Source of the DNA: Paramoeba atlantica
Taxonomy: Eukaryota; Protista; Discosea
Reading direction: 5' to 3'
Assembly: GCA_977017575.1 (NCBI GenBank)
Contig: CDRNVI010000049.1
Location: 372,001-436,000, forward strand
Length of the DNA: 64,000 nt
Made by a program: the position numbers and the translations under genes. Positions 20,436-30,719 of this stretch are shown in pieces (position 1 is the stretch's first letter; every line of letters begins with the position of its first letter). The notes under the pieces were generated by a model that had not been told where the DNA came from, made no database searches, and saw only the letters and a program-made list of their open reading frames with translations.

Positions 20436-23400
20436 TTTTTTTTCACTTTCTTACTTACTTTCCTACTTACTTTACTTCGCCCTTATCAACTTCGCCCGCT
20501 TCTCTCCCTCAACCCCCCCCCCCGAGCAACCATCCGCGACTTCCCGACTTCACCCGCTTCTTTCCCTCACTCCCATCCCCCCCGAGCATCCATCCGCGCC
20601 TTCCAAAACTTTGCCCTCTTCTTTCCTTCACTGCCCCCCAAAAATCCATCCGCGCGTGCTTCACCCCTTCTTCCAACAGTGCGCGCTTCGGACCGGGTCT
20701 CTCGACCTCTCCAAGGCCTGGCTTGGGAACCCTTCCCTTGTTATACGGGAGGGCGCAGGCGCGGGCATGTGCCAGCAGCGGCACGGTCACGAAGTTGGGT
20801 TTTGATCGCCAGATTCGGATGAATGTTCCGAATCCATACCTATCTCACATTGGGGTACCGTGCTCGTGAAAGCGAGGCGTGAGGATAGGCACTGTCGGCT
20901 CGATCGGCCTCGGGCCGCTCTGGAGGCTACTCCTCCAGAGTTGCGATGGGGTCTTCGGAAGGTGAACGAGCAACCATCATGCGCGCTTGAAAGCGCATAA
21001 GGGTTATGTTTAGTTCAGCGAAGATTCGGCTCGTTGCCTCACCTTCCGAAAGTAGACCCCCCGAAGCGTGCGAACACCTCTCACCGACTTTGCGGAGCAC
21101 GGCTGAAGCGCTGGGGCTCCAGGCGCCATAACTTTCGACCACCATGGCCGTAAAGTCGCATCCTGCTTCTACGGCTTCTCGACGCTGCTTGCCCTTCTCC
21201 ATTGAAGAATAATGCTCGGCAAATGACCCCCGCGGCAACCCAGCTAGCGTTTCGGACTTTGTCCGTATATTTAAATTGCTGAGCATGGGTGACCGCGAAG
21301 TCAAGCACAATGGGATTTCCAAGAAAAAGGCTGGGCAAGTATATGTCGCCAGGTCTGGTGAGGGCCCCACCTGGGCCCCTGTTCCCGAGACTCTTTTCTC
21401 GTAGAGGGGCGAGGCGGGCTCGACTTCACACGTCCGCGAACTGATCCGTAACAGCGTTGTGCCTGGTCACAATGCCATGGCCATGTTTGCAAGACAGTGC
21501 ATGGTCCTCTTTGCTGTCAAGGGGGAGCGAACATTTTGGCATGGGGCACGTGCTATCTTCATGGTAAATGTCCACGCCCAACCACCAACGGGCCAAAGTT
21601 CGGAATTGTGGGGGTGTAAAGGCGTGCCCAAGGTCTTTCGAAGGAGTCAGAAAGGCCCAGCTGCTCGCTCCCGTGCCACACTGGGAGATCCACCTTGCAC
21701 GGGTTCGTGCATCAGTTGCCTCATATTCCTGGGAAAAGGCATGGGCTGCAATACCATAACTGATTACCCGCTGGCGCGGGATCTTCCCTTTGGGCCACTG
21801 TGGGGGTAACATGTCCTGGCAATCTTCAGAACCGTAGAAGGGAGTCGAGAGTGGGTAGGCGTCCGTGGGTGTGTTGGCCGTGCGGGATGTCGTACGAAGG
21901 ACATGTCCCGGAGGCTCGTCCGGGGGGGATCATTCCCTGGCGGAGGGCGCCTTCTCTTCCGGTAGAAGTACGGCGCGCTCAGGGCCTTCTCGCATGGGGC
22001 GTTGGGAGTTGTGAGAACACGACCTCGGGGATCGAGGAGAGCAGTGCCGGCCTTCTGATTGATGTCGAGGATGGCCTCCGAGAAACCTTCAGCGTCTGTG
22101 GGATCCCAGGAATCTTTGGCAGAGGCAAAGGCGACGGATGCAACGTAAGCCGCGGAGGCGTGGAGAGCTGCGGATCTCAGACCTAATCCCCCATGGCGCT
22201 TCAGTCGCTATGCTTGAGATTGTGCTGACCTGTCCAGAGGACAGATGATTGCCTCTATAGCGGTCATGAGAACGTCGTCTAAACGGGAGCAAAGGTGAAT
22301 CAGGGACTGTGGGGGCGTACTTCTCATGGCATACACCAGTTGACAGAACCCCGCACATTGACGAATAAGGGCAAGCGCAACCTGGGAGTCTTGAATGTTG
22401 GTGATGGCATCGAAGGTATCCTCGGCTGGTTCTAGGGCGTGAGAAAGAAGATAAGCAGAGCAGTGGTCGGCGGATCCTACCGGACTCCCTAGTATGTCAA
22501 AGTTCCCCTGCGAATTGATCTTCTCGTCGGGTATGTCTGGGAAGTAAGAAGCCTGGTGGACCGAGCTGGGGGAAGTAATAATTTCGCATTTCGACGTATT
22601 GAGATGCAAGCCTCATTGAGGTCCTACTCGGGCGATCGTGTCTAGGGCGTCTCTAACTTCCTGCGCCTGGCCAACGAGGACGCCATCGTCGAGATACCAG
22701 AGTTGGGCGGGAATATCAGTTTGAAGGTAAATGGCTTCTGAGAGCTCCAGGGCCACCAACGAGAAGAGCAATGGTCCTAGGGGATCGCCCTGTTGTACTC
22801 CTTCCTCGGAGGAGATGAATCGGAGCCCGTAGGTAAGAGAGCTGGGGTCGGAATAGCACCAATTGATCCAAGGGAAGAGTTCCTGGAAATGTTCCTGTAC
22901 TAGTGTAAGGAAAGCAGCCCTGCTTACGTTATTGAAAGCGTTACGTAGGTCCACTTTGCACATGACGAAATTCGGGTTTTCCATATTGGACATGGCCAGG
23001 CGACACATGTGAATGACTCTTTCGGCCCCGGCTGGCGCTGCCACTCCGTACTGTTTGCCTTCAAAGAGCTCGCTCGCTTTGGGTCGGATTGCGTTGCATA
23101 CGGCTTTGCTCGCTAATCGCCGCAGGGTTTCACCGGCAGCGATCGGACGAACATCATTTTCGCCCTTTGATAGGGCGCACAAGCGCGCCTCTGCAAAGTG
23201 CGCCTGTACTTCAGAGGGTGCCTTCCCAGCTAGGAGGTGATTTGTTAGCTTTGTGAGGGATCGGAGAAAGTCATTTACATGTACGAGCAGTGCTGCCTGT
23301 AGGTGCTCTGGGCGTAAGCCAATAGTGCCGGCAGAGGAGCCCCTGTTGAAGCTCTTCAGCGTCTTTGCAACTTCGCGTTCGTCAAGTTCCAGTGGAGCGC

Positions 23401-24010
23401 AGTTCGGGGGCGGGCAGTTTTCGCACGAGTCAATTTGAAGACGACGGGGGTGTTTTTCTAGCAATTTTTCAAACGTCTCGTCATCGTCGGGCGCCATTGG
23501 GTCTGACGTTAGGGAGGCCAACCCTCTAGAGAACTCGCCGTGGCGGACGAGGGGTTCTGCTCGAATCGCTGCCTTCTCGTCTTCATCAGGGAATTCCGTT
23601 GGGGATTTTGGTTTTTTTCACAGGCTACAAGTGCTTCGCCCCATAGGTCCGAGTACTCTTGTTCCGCCCAACGCTGCATGCACTTATACGCGTGGGAGGC
23701 ATATGCCATGTGGCCTTTGCGGCCCCCGCGATGCGGAGCTGGTAAAACGCATTTGGAAAGCATGGCCAATAGCGTCCGTGCCTGTAAGGAGTTTTCAGAG
23801 ACCGCGTTCCGAATGGCGGTGAGGATTTCTTCCCAGATCTGGCGGCGCCGATGAGGCACGTCTTTGCACGTGCTCAGCTGAAGAGAGCAGACAGAAGGAA
23901 GAGGTGGGAGCTCAAAGTTGGTGTTCTCTGGTGTTGGTGCGGTGCTCACTTCGTTGGATGGAGTAGGAAGTTCGGGAGAATGGAGCGTGACGGTTTTCTT
24001 TTTTTTTTTC
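20436..24010 (-). mobile_element. Degenerate CRE/SLACS-clade non-LTR retrotransposon (RT + CCHC + restriction-like endonuclease)
   Basis: RPIAAGETLRRL, QYGV, VDLRNAFN, GVQQGDPLGPLLF, YLDDG, GLHLNTSKCE, GGLGLRS, C..C..DHALSC, RHN, RPGD, DFAVT, VVESYGAW. Broken by several stops and frameshifts; ends approximate. Confidence 0.92.
20489..20662. repeat. ~60-bp tandem repeat x3 downstream of the retroelement ORF
   Basis: Units actt..ccc.cttct.tcc.tca...cccccc.a..a.ccatccgcg starting ~20489, 20547 and 20608. Confidence 0.8.
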
Positions 24011-24140
24011 AAAATCGTTTCGCCTATTGTATTTTGAAAGTTTGGTACCTATACTAGCTTTCTACGCCGTTGTTTTCACAAGATACCCCTTCTTGAAGCC
24101 GTGGCACGATTCCCGAAATGACACCCCAAAAAATAGGTGT

Positions 24141-24180
24141 CCTGGCAAAACCAGGCAAAACTCGGCAAAACCCGGCAAAA
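24141..24180. repeat. 10-bp tandem repeat x4 (cNNggcaaaa)
   Basis: cctggcaaaa ccaggcaaaa ctcggcaaaa cccggcaaaa. Confidence 0.9.
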
Positions 24181-24362
24181 CTTAACAGGTTTCAACCCTC
24201 TAAGACAACTGTCTTCTATGAAAAGGCTCACAAGGAGAAAAGTTTAAGTCCATTAGTAGAATTTTACTGAACGTATTTACTATGAAGAGACACGGAGGCC
24301 AGAGAACTAGAGGTAGACGAACCCCCGTCAGCTGACATCCCTGCTGTTATCCATCCCGTACA

Positions 24363-24400
24363 GATAGCATGGGCTTCCTTTCGATAGCATGGGCTTCCTT
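24363..24400. repeat. Exact 18-bp direct repeat (20-bp period)
   Basis: gatagcatgggcttcctt at 24363 and 24383. Confidence 0.9.
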
Positions 24401-24678
24401 ACTGTCCTTGGCTTGTCTTCACTACATGGTTGAAATTGGTAGCCCGCGGTTCCTCAGATTACTACAAGCTCAGGCGTAAACACCCTTTTCGGTCATTTTG
24501 CGTGGCAGTGAGGGCATTGGATGACACTGAGTGACTGCACAGGGTCCATTGTATGCGTTCCCTTACAATCCAATGCTTAATTTTATCATAAACTCGCTCT
24601 TCTCCACCGAAATCTCTCTATTACCCCTCCCTCTCTATTGCGCTGACATTATTTAATATTCCATGTCTGAAGTCCTTT

Positions 24679-25611
24679 TTACAGGACGCCAGTTGCATCC
24701 CACGCATAATGTAAATCCTCGTTTAACCCATTCAGCGCCGACAAGCACTCGCTACTCAACGGAGGCATGTCCCGTACCCGACTATTTTCGAGAATATGCA
24801 CAGGTTTCACTGCCTTTGGAATTACACTCATACCGGAGTCCAGTGCCCACAGTAAACACACCTGGGCTGGGGTCATGTCATGGCGCTTGGCGATTTCTTG
24901 CACTACTGGATCTTGCACAATTCGCTTGTGATCGGGCTCTCGGTTTCCATACACCAGCGCGGGAGGCTCAAGATTCCGTCCCATCGACGTATACGCCATC
25001 ACATGTATCCCATTCGCTTCGCAGTACTTCCGTAACGGTTGTTGCGTAAGATAGGGGTGTACTTCAACCTGATTGACCGCAGGAATGTTTTCCGGAAAAG
25101 CTTCTCTCAAATCCTGCAGATGTTCTAAAGTGAAATTGGACACCCCAATGGAACGCACGCGGCCGGACGCTTTCAACTCAATCAGTGCTCTCCACGCCTC
25201 ATGACGTCGTTTGCGGTGCGTAGGACTGCGTGGGTTGGCCAGCTTTCCACCAGGCCAGTGCAACAACAACAAATCAATATAACGCGGGGTCGTCCCTCTG
25301 GGAATGAAATTCATGTCAAGCGCCTGGAGCGATTGTTCACAACTTTCCAAGGCCCCTTCGTAGGACATCGCCTCCCGTGGTACTTTGGTGATCAAGAATA
25401 CTTTTTCTCGAGGTGTCGCGGTAGCGAATATTCCGAGCGCGACGTAGGTCTCATTTTTATACCCCCGGGCGGTGTCAATCATAGAATAGTGGCACACGTT
25501 GCACGCATATTGTACGGCATCACTGCATTTATTTTTTCGAGATCGAAAAGTGCCAAGACCAAAGGTAGGCATTCGATTGCCATCGTTGAGTTCGACGTAT
25601 TCGGCTCGCAT
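24679..25611 (-). CDS. Aldo-keto reductase (prostaglandin F synthase-like family)
   Basis: MPTFGLGT, DTARGYKNE, FLITK, DLLLLHWP, SIGVSNF, NQVEVHPY, VIPK. Confidence 0.95.
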   Translation of the reverse strand: MRAEYVELNDGNRMPTFGLGTFRSRKNKCSDAVQYACNVCHYSMIDTARGYKNETYVALGIFATATPREKVFLITKVPREAMSYEGALESCEQSLQALDMNFIPRGTTPRYIDLLLLHWPGGKLANPRSPTHRKRRHEAWRALIELKASGRVRSIGVSNFTLEHLQDLREAFPENIPAVNQVEVHPYLTQQPLRKYCEANGIHVMAYTSMGRNLEPPALVYGNREPDHKRIVQDPVVQEIAKRHDMTPAQVCLLWALDSGMSVIPKAVKPVHILENSRVRDMPPLSSECLSALNGLNEDLHYAWDATGVL

Positions 25612-25987
25612 AGAGAAAACAACGTTCTGGGAAATAGAGTCCTAAAAAGAGTGCACAGAGTTGTGTAATAAGGAGTCAGGCTTCACGTGTGCAGTAAAAA
25701 AGGGAAACCAAAAAAATACGCATTACTAGAGGTGGTAACTTATGACCGATACAGATCATTCGATCTCATAGAAAGAAGTTACGATTGCCGCAGCACATAG
25801 GAAAAGCTTTTCTTGTTCATATACTCAAAAAAGCAAGCTACTGTATGTTCTATAGTAGCGTTGAGCTCTTCCAAAATAGTTACAGAGAATTCTCATGCGG
25901 TGTCACACGTGCACTCATTGAAGAATTGATTTTCATAGAAGCCACCGAATTGATATTACACGTCTAAAGGACCTCTTCTGTTATTCG

Positions 25988-27274
25988 CTATCCGTGTTTG
26001 GGCAACCGCTTTGCTGAGCTACCCAAGTGGTTGAAAAAATCTTCCAAAGGAGGAAAATCGACTAAAAACTGTGAACTTTCACTTGAAAGGGGAACGACTA
26101 ATGCTACGGCGATGTGCACCAACCTTGCCTCATCAGTTTGATTATTGTATGACTGGGTCTGGGCTACAGCCTTACCAATTAATTCTTTACCTTTTGTCAA
26201 ATACATTTCATCTGTGAGACTTAGGAGGACCTCACGAAGGCTCGCCGTCGCACACAGCTGACGGAGAAAATGTTTTTGAGTCGGTTTATTTTCCAAAGCT
26301 TCCATAAGAAGAGAAAACGTGGAGTTGTCTTGATTTTTTATACATGCGCCCGCGAGATTATCTTGCTCTTGGTTTTCAAAGAGTTTATTCTCGAAATCTC
26401 TACGCAAGTGATCTATAAAAATCATAACCTCTCTTGAGGAAACGAAAGACTGCAGTCGAGTGGGATCAATTTCGCCGCAGGAGAGGTCTAGATATCCGTT
26501 GCTTCCAGTTTCTCTCTCCGACCTACGCTGCGCATTCGATCCGCTAATTTCAAAGGCATGTTTTGCAATTTTGTGTACACTCTTTATGAACGATTCCGTC
26601 TCTAATTGCTTTTCAGTATTCCAGAGGTCCGGGAATGTGGATTCAGCAAAGCACATTCCAAGAAAATCGTTGTCCAAGCCTCGGCTGTCAAGCCCAGATG
26701 AAGTTGAGACAGATTCAACAAAAGCATCATAGGTTGCACGAGCAGAGAGAGTCAAAGTTATCATTGCGATAACATAGGGAAGAATAAGAAAACGCAGGAA
26801 ACTATTTTCGACAACATTACGCCATAAAACAACACGAGTAGATCGACTTTCGGTCTTGCGTATTTTATCGATAAGCGAATCCACCGGACATAGAGATTCG
26901 AACACTGTCTGAATTTTAAGTGAAAATAAAGGATGTGAGCCATGAATTGCAGATCTTTCAGAAGCGGTAAGCCAAGTTCTGACATCATGCAAGTGCTTAC
27001 GAAACTTTATATCAAAATTTTGTTGTGCAGATCTCTCCGTTACAAGGTGTGAGCCGATGTACTTGACTCCGTGCGCCAAAAGATCTTCTCTGGAAGGAAA
27101 ATATCTCCGTGCGACAATGACTCCAAGGATTAATAAGTTCCAGTACGTCAGGTAGCGCCATCGTCGAGGCCATAAAGCAAAGCGATGGAGGCCAAGTCGC
27201 AGGAAACGCATAAGCCTTTGTATAATTCTGTTGGTAATCGACAATAAGCGACCAATCCTTTGGAAGGAAATCAT
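25988..27274 (-). CDS. PEX3: Divergent peroxin PEX3 (tentative)
   Basis: Basic N-terminus plus TM (WNLLILGVIVA). RVVLWRNVVENSFLRFLILPYVIAMITL matches the PEX19-binding pattern K..(L/I)W..L...SF.R.....Y...(M/L)L. Confidence 0.6.
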   Translation of the reverse strand: MISFQRIGRLLSITNRIIQRLMRFLRLGLHRFALWPRRWRYLTYWNLLILGVIVARRYFPSREDLLAHGVKYIGSHLVTERSAQQNFDIKFRKHLHDVRTWLTASERSAIHGSHPLFSLKIQTVFESLCPVDSLIDKIRKTESRSTRVVLWRNVVENSFLRFLILPYVIAMITLTLSARATYDAFVESVSTSSGLDSRGLDNDFLGMCFAESTFPDLWNTEKQLETESFIKSVHKIAKHAFEISGSNAQRRSERETGSNGYLDLSCGEIDPTRLQSFVSSREVMIFIDHLRRDFENKLFENQEQDNLAGACIKNQDNSTFSLLMEALENKPTQKHFLRQLCATASLREVLLSLTDEMYLTKGKELIGKAVAQTQSYNNQTDEARLVHIAVALVVPLSSESSQFLVDFPPLEDFFNHLGSSAKRLPKHG

Positions 27275-27587
27275 GAATTTATCTTTTAGATTAGAAATGA
27301 ATTAATTCCTAAATAAAGGGATAGATCAACGGACTTCTCGTTAAAATTTTTGTATCTTTTCCACATCCAAGATTTCATTGTCGAAGGTCAACTTCATGAG
27401 CTCATCGAAGGTTCATGACCATCAAATTGGACTGATTGATTCAATCAAACTCAGTCCTTGTTGTCTACAACATCTAAGCGTCGTAATGAAAGTTGTACTC
27501 AGCATCACGAACAGAAATAAAAAGGCGATAGAATTCTGTCGGCAAGGAGGCAAGTCAATTTGACTCAAGGGCAAACTTTTGTTGCTA

Positions 27588-28499
27588 TTATTCTACGAGT
27601 TGTTTCAGCTGATTTATTAACACATTTATTTTGTAATCAAGTTGCGTGTTCGCCTTAGGCGAATTAGCTGGTATCCATAATCGTTTTCTATGTCTAACTA
27701 GGCTGGTCGTAGAGGGGTGATCTACTAGTGATTTGCGTTGAAGTGTATATCTATCTGAATCTAATTTGATATTTGGCCAGACTAGGGAAGTAGCACGCTG
27801 TTTTTTCTTGGAATCTGTGCTGATCGCTTGAATAGTCTTTTGCAAAAAGGATTGTAGTGAAACCCATGCATCTCGATGTTTGACAACTTCGCACAACCAG
27901 GGCATAATGCGAAGTAGGCAATCAGAAGCTTGGAAAAGCGGGATAGAATATGCAGCTCCATCCTTTAAGGCACCCACGTTGTTTTCAAGAACAAACGTTT
28001 TTTCGTCTCTAATCAATTGGCCTGATTGTTTCCTTTGTAGAAGTTCCTGTCTTTCTGCCTTGTATTTTTGTATCATCGCACAAAATTTGTGCTGGTATTG
28101 AAAATAGGTATGACGCATGTTATTATGTGCGCCAACGTATAAGTTCAATGTCTCTTCTAAATACGATTTTGAGGCTTCTTCTTCTTTCACAATTTTTTGC
28201 CTGGTTGCACTTTCAACCGCCAACAGTGACATACGAAAACGTTTTGACAACTTGATTTTGGGTGTTCCTGATGATACATTAATCCAATCAGGCGTAGGTA
28301 TGGCTAAAATTCTGCTTTCCCTCCTTTTAGAGCAACCTCCCGTCCGGAGGACTTTTGAATGTGGGGAACTTGATAATTGAGTATAATGAGACGCATCATT
28401 TCCTACCCGATGTTCGTCATGAAAAGATTCCATGCTGCAAGGGGCAAAATGAGACGAATCCGTTCGGTTTACAACAATGTGGTGCAAAGTACTTGACAT
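27588..28499 (-). CDS. Hypothetical protein with coiled-coil segment
   Basis: 303-aa ATG ORF in cluster orientation; no recognised motif. Confidence 0.65.
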   Translation of the reverse strand: MSSTLHHIVVNRTDSSHFAPCSMESFHDEHRVGNDASHYTQLSSSPHSKVLRTGGCSKRRESRILAIPTPDWINVSSGTPKIKLSKRFRMSLLAVESATRQKIVKEEEASKSYLEETLNLYVGAHNNMRHTYFQYQHKFCAMIQKYKAERQELLQRKQSGQLIRDEKTFVLENNVGALKDGAAYSIPLFQASDCLLRIMPWLCEVVKHRDAWVSLQSFLQKTIQAISTDSKKKQRATSLVWPNIKLDSDRYTLQRKSLVDHPSTTSLVRHRKRLWIPANSPKANTQLDYKINVLINQLKQLVE

Positions 28500-28829
28500 T
28501 TAAATATTGGAATGTTATGCGACGTGATTTCCCGAGTCGTTTAGAACATGGAAAATATTTGATTAATGGGTTATTTGGTAACCTATGAGAATGATCTTAC
28601 AGAGGTCATCCCTATCCTACACCATGTAGTTGATTAATATACCCCATGTTACATGACTTTTTGTACACACCTGCGTTTGAGCGCAACACGGCAGACCCTG
28701 TTATTCATGCCCACTGACATGCAGTCAGAATGCTCGAATTTCTTCCCGACACGAAGCACTTGATCGCCCGTAAAAGCGGACGTTTTCTTTTAAAAAACGA
28801 GAGGCACTAAAAGTGGAAAGGACGGTAAT

Positions 28830-30242
28830 TTAGCTGTGTTCACATGAACATGTTCCACTGCAACTACAGAGCATACAATCACCCTTGCTACTCGAATCGG
28901 ATTCGGATAATTCGGGTTCTCGTACTGCAATATGTGAAGTAGCATCTTTGCCTGACAATTGTTCAGTACTATTATTATGCGGTGATACTAGTTTTGCAAC
29001 AAATTCTGTTCTGACAGCAATGCTTGCAGCTTTCTCCAGTAGTGCATCGGGTGTGTATTTGTTTAAAGCTTCCCTATGATCAAATACTGTAAAGCTGAGT
29101 CCTATACTTTTAATAAGAAGATCGGTTTGCGGATTGTTTGTTGAAAGGTATCTGGCGGACCTTCCTCCACTAGTCCATGATCCATAAGGAACACTACGCT
29201 GAAAAGATGGAATTTCGATATTTTCACATTTGGCACCTAACTCGGCTATCTCACGTGAAATCAACACTTCGGTGTCAATTAACGGATTCGGAAGTAGCTT
29301 TGTTTTTTCTGTCACACGTAGAATTGCGACCCATTCTCGATCCATTAGCAATGTTCTGCTAGAGTCCGCATTTTGAGCGTATAAAACTTGCAAGAAGTTT
29401 CTCCGTGGACCTGGCTTATCCAAAGCGAGAAAACGCGTCTTCCTATGCCCGTCGTGAGAAAGAATAGCTGCAAATTTAGTATGTAAATGTGCACTAAACC
29501 AATATGATGGCTTTAAAAGCCGAAGAAGTGACATTGCGTGAGGATTTCCGAGACGTTTTCTAGATATATCGTCTTCGAAGTGCGGCTTTTGCCGAAGCAA
29601 CCTCTCAATGTTGCCGAAATCTGTTATGCCTAGTGGCCAGTCGTGGGAAACCATGATATCGATACTTGGGCTCAGCAAACTCAGTTTCTCCGCATCGGAT
29701 CTTCGGATGTGATAAATACTTCTCTCAGTTCCGCGCGTAAAAGGTGGCGTTTCGGTAGTTGGGAGGTTTTCGTCCCTCCGGTTGTATATGCCACTAATTC
29801 CAGCGATTCGCAGTCCAGCAAACTGCACACACCCAGTGCATCCTAGATAATAAATATTATCTGCCAACCATCCACCGTAGTACAGCTCCTTCAAGTAATT
29901 ACTCGCCTCATGATTACCTCCTATGACGATCGTGAGAAGAGGAGCAAGCTTGGTGCCAGCGTAGTATTGGTAAAAGTCTCCCAAACGACGGTACTTTTCT
30001 GGGACAGCTACGCATCCGAGATCCTCAGCATTTCGAGAGGCTTCAAGGTCACCACAGACAATGAGCAGTTCAATTTTTATTCCTTGATATGACTCAATTC
30101 GACGAATACTATCATAAATAAGATCCAATTGACCGTGAGCACATCCTTCTACAGCGTAGTACATGCAATATGGTAGATTAACCCGACATTTTCTGTAATT
30201 ACTATTTTTCAACAAAGTAACTAGGCTAAACGTTCTGATCAA
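28830..30242 (-). CDS. DBR1: RNA lariat debranching enzyme
   Basis: AVEGCAHG, LLIVCGD, IGGNHE, GLSGI-type motif (AGISGI), SHDWP, WFSAHLH, FLALDK. Possible start at 30164. Confidence 0.95.
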   Translation of the reverse strand: MIRTFSLVTLLKNSNYRKCRVNLPYCMYYAVEGCAHGQLDLIYDSIRRIESYQGIKIELLIVCGDLEASRNAEDLGCVAVPEKYRRLGDFYQYYAGTKLAPLLTIVIGGNHEASNYLKELYYGGWLADNIYYLGCTGCVQFAGLRIAGISGIYNRRDENLPTTETPPFTRGTERSIYHIRRSDAEKLSLLSPSIDIMVSHDWPLGITDFGNIERLLRQKPHFEDDISRKRLGNPHAMSLLRLLKPSYWFSAHLHTKFAAILSHDGHRKTRFLALDKPGPRRNFLQVLYAQNADSSRTLLMDREWVAILRVTEKTKLLPNPLIDTEVLISREIAELGAKCENIEIPSFQRSVPYGSWTSGGRSARYLSTNNPQTDLLIKSIGLSFTVFDHREALNKYTPDALLEKAASIAVRTEFVAKLVSPHNNSTEQLSGKDATSHIAVREPELSESDSSSKGDCMLCSCSGTCSCEHS

Positions 30243-30719
30243 CGTAGTATACTCTACGAATACAACCTTAAAATCACATATTGGTCATGCGTAAAGATCA
30301 GTAAACGTTCGTGGAATCCCATGCGAAATTCTTTTCTAAGGTACAAAACACAGTTCTTCACCGTATACCCTTGAAAAGTACAGTGTGAGTTGCAGAGGGG
30401 ACTGTAGATTCATTCATGTACTTTCAATGAGCTTCGTGAGCCTTTTGAAGACAAGCACTTAGAAAAATGCTTCGAAAAAGTGTGTCCAGGCGCATTTTCT
30501 AGACGAAATATTCCTTTCGAGTCAAACGCCTTCGATCATATTGCAGAATCTGTGGTAGATGTCATTGGCACGATTACGGAGCACTATGTAAAACACAGTA
30601 CGACGAGGGATGCAAAGCTGTATGAAATGTGGCCGAAGCCTCATATTCTTGATGTAATCTCTACATCCTTGTATTGATATACATCTGTTTGTGTCCGTTA
30701 TTTATATTTCTTTCGGGTC

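Noticed and set aside
30480-30677. 65-aa plus-strand ORF between DBR1 and MCCA
   Set aside because: Antisense to the cluster, non-ATG start, no motif.
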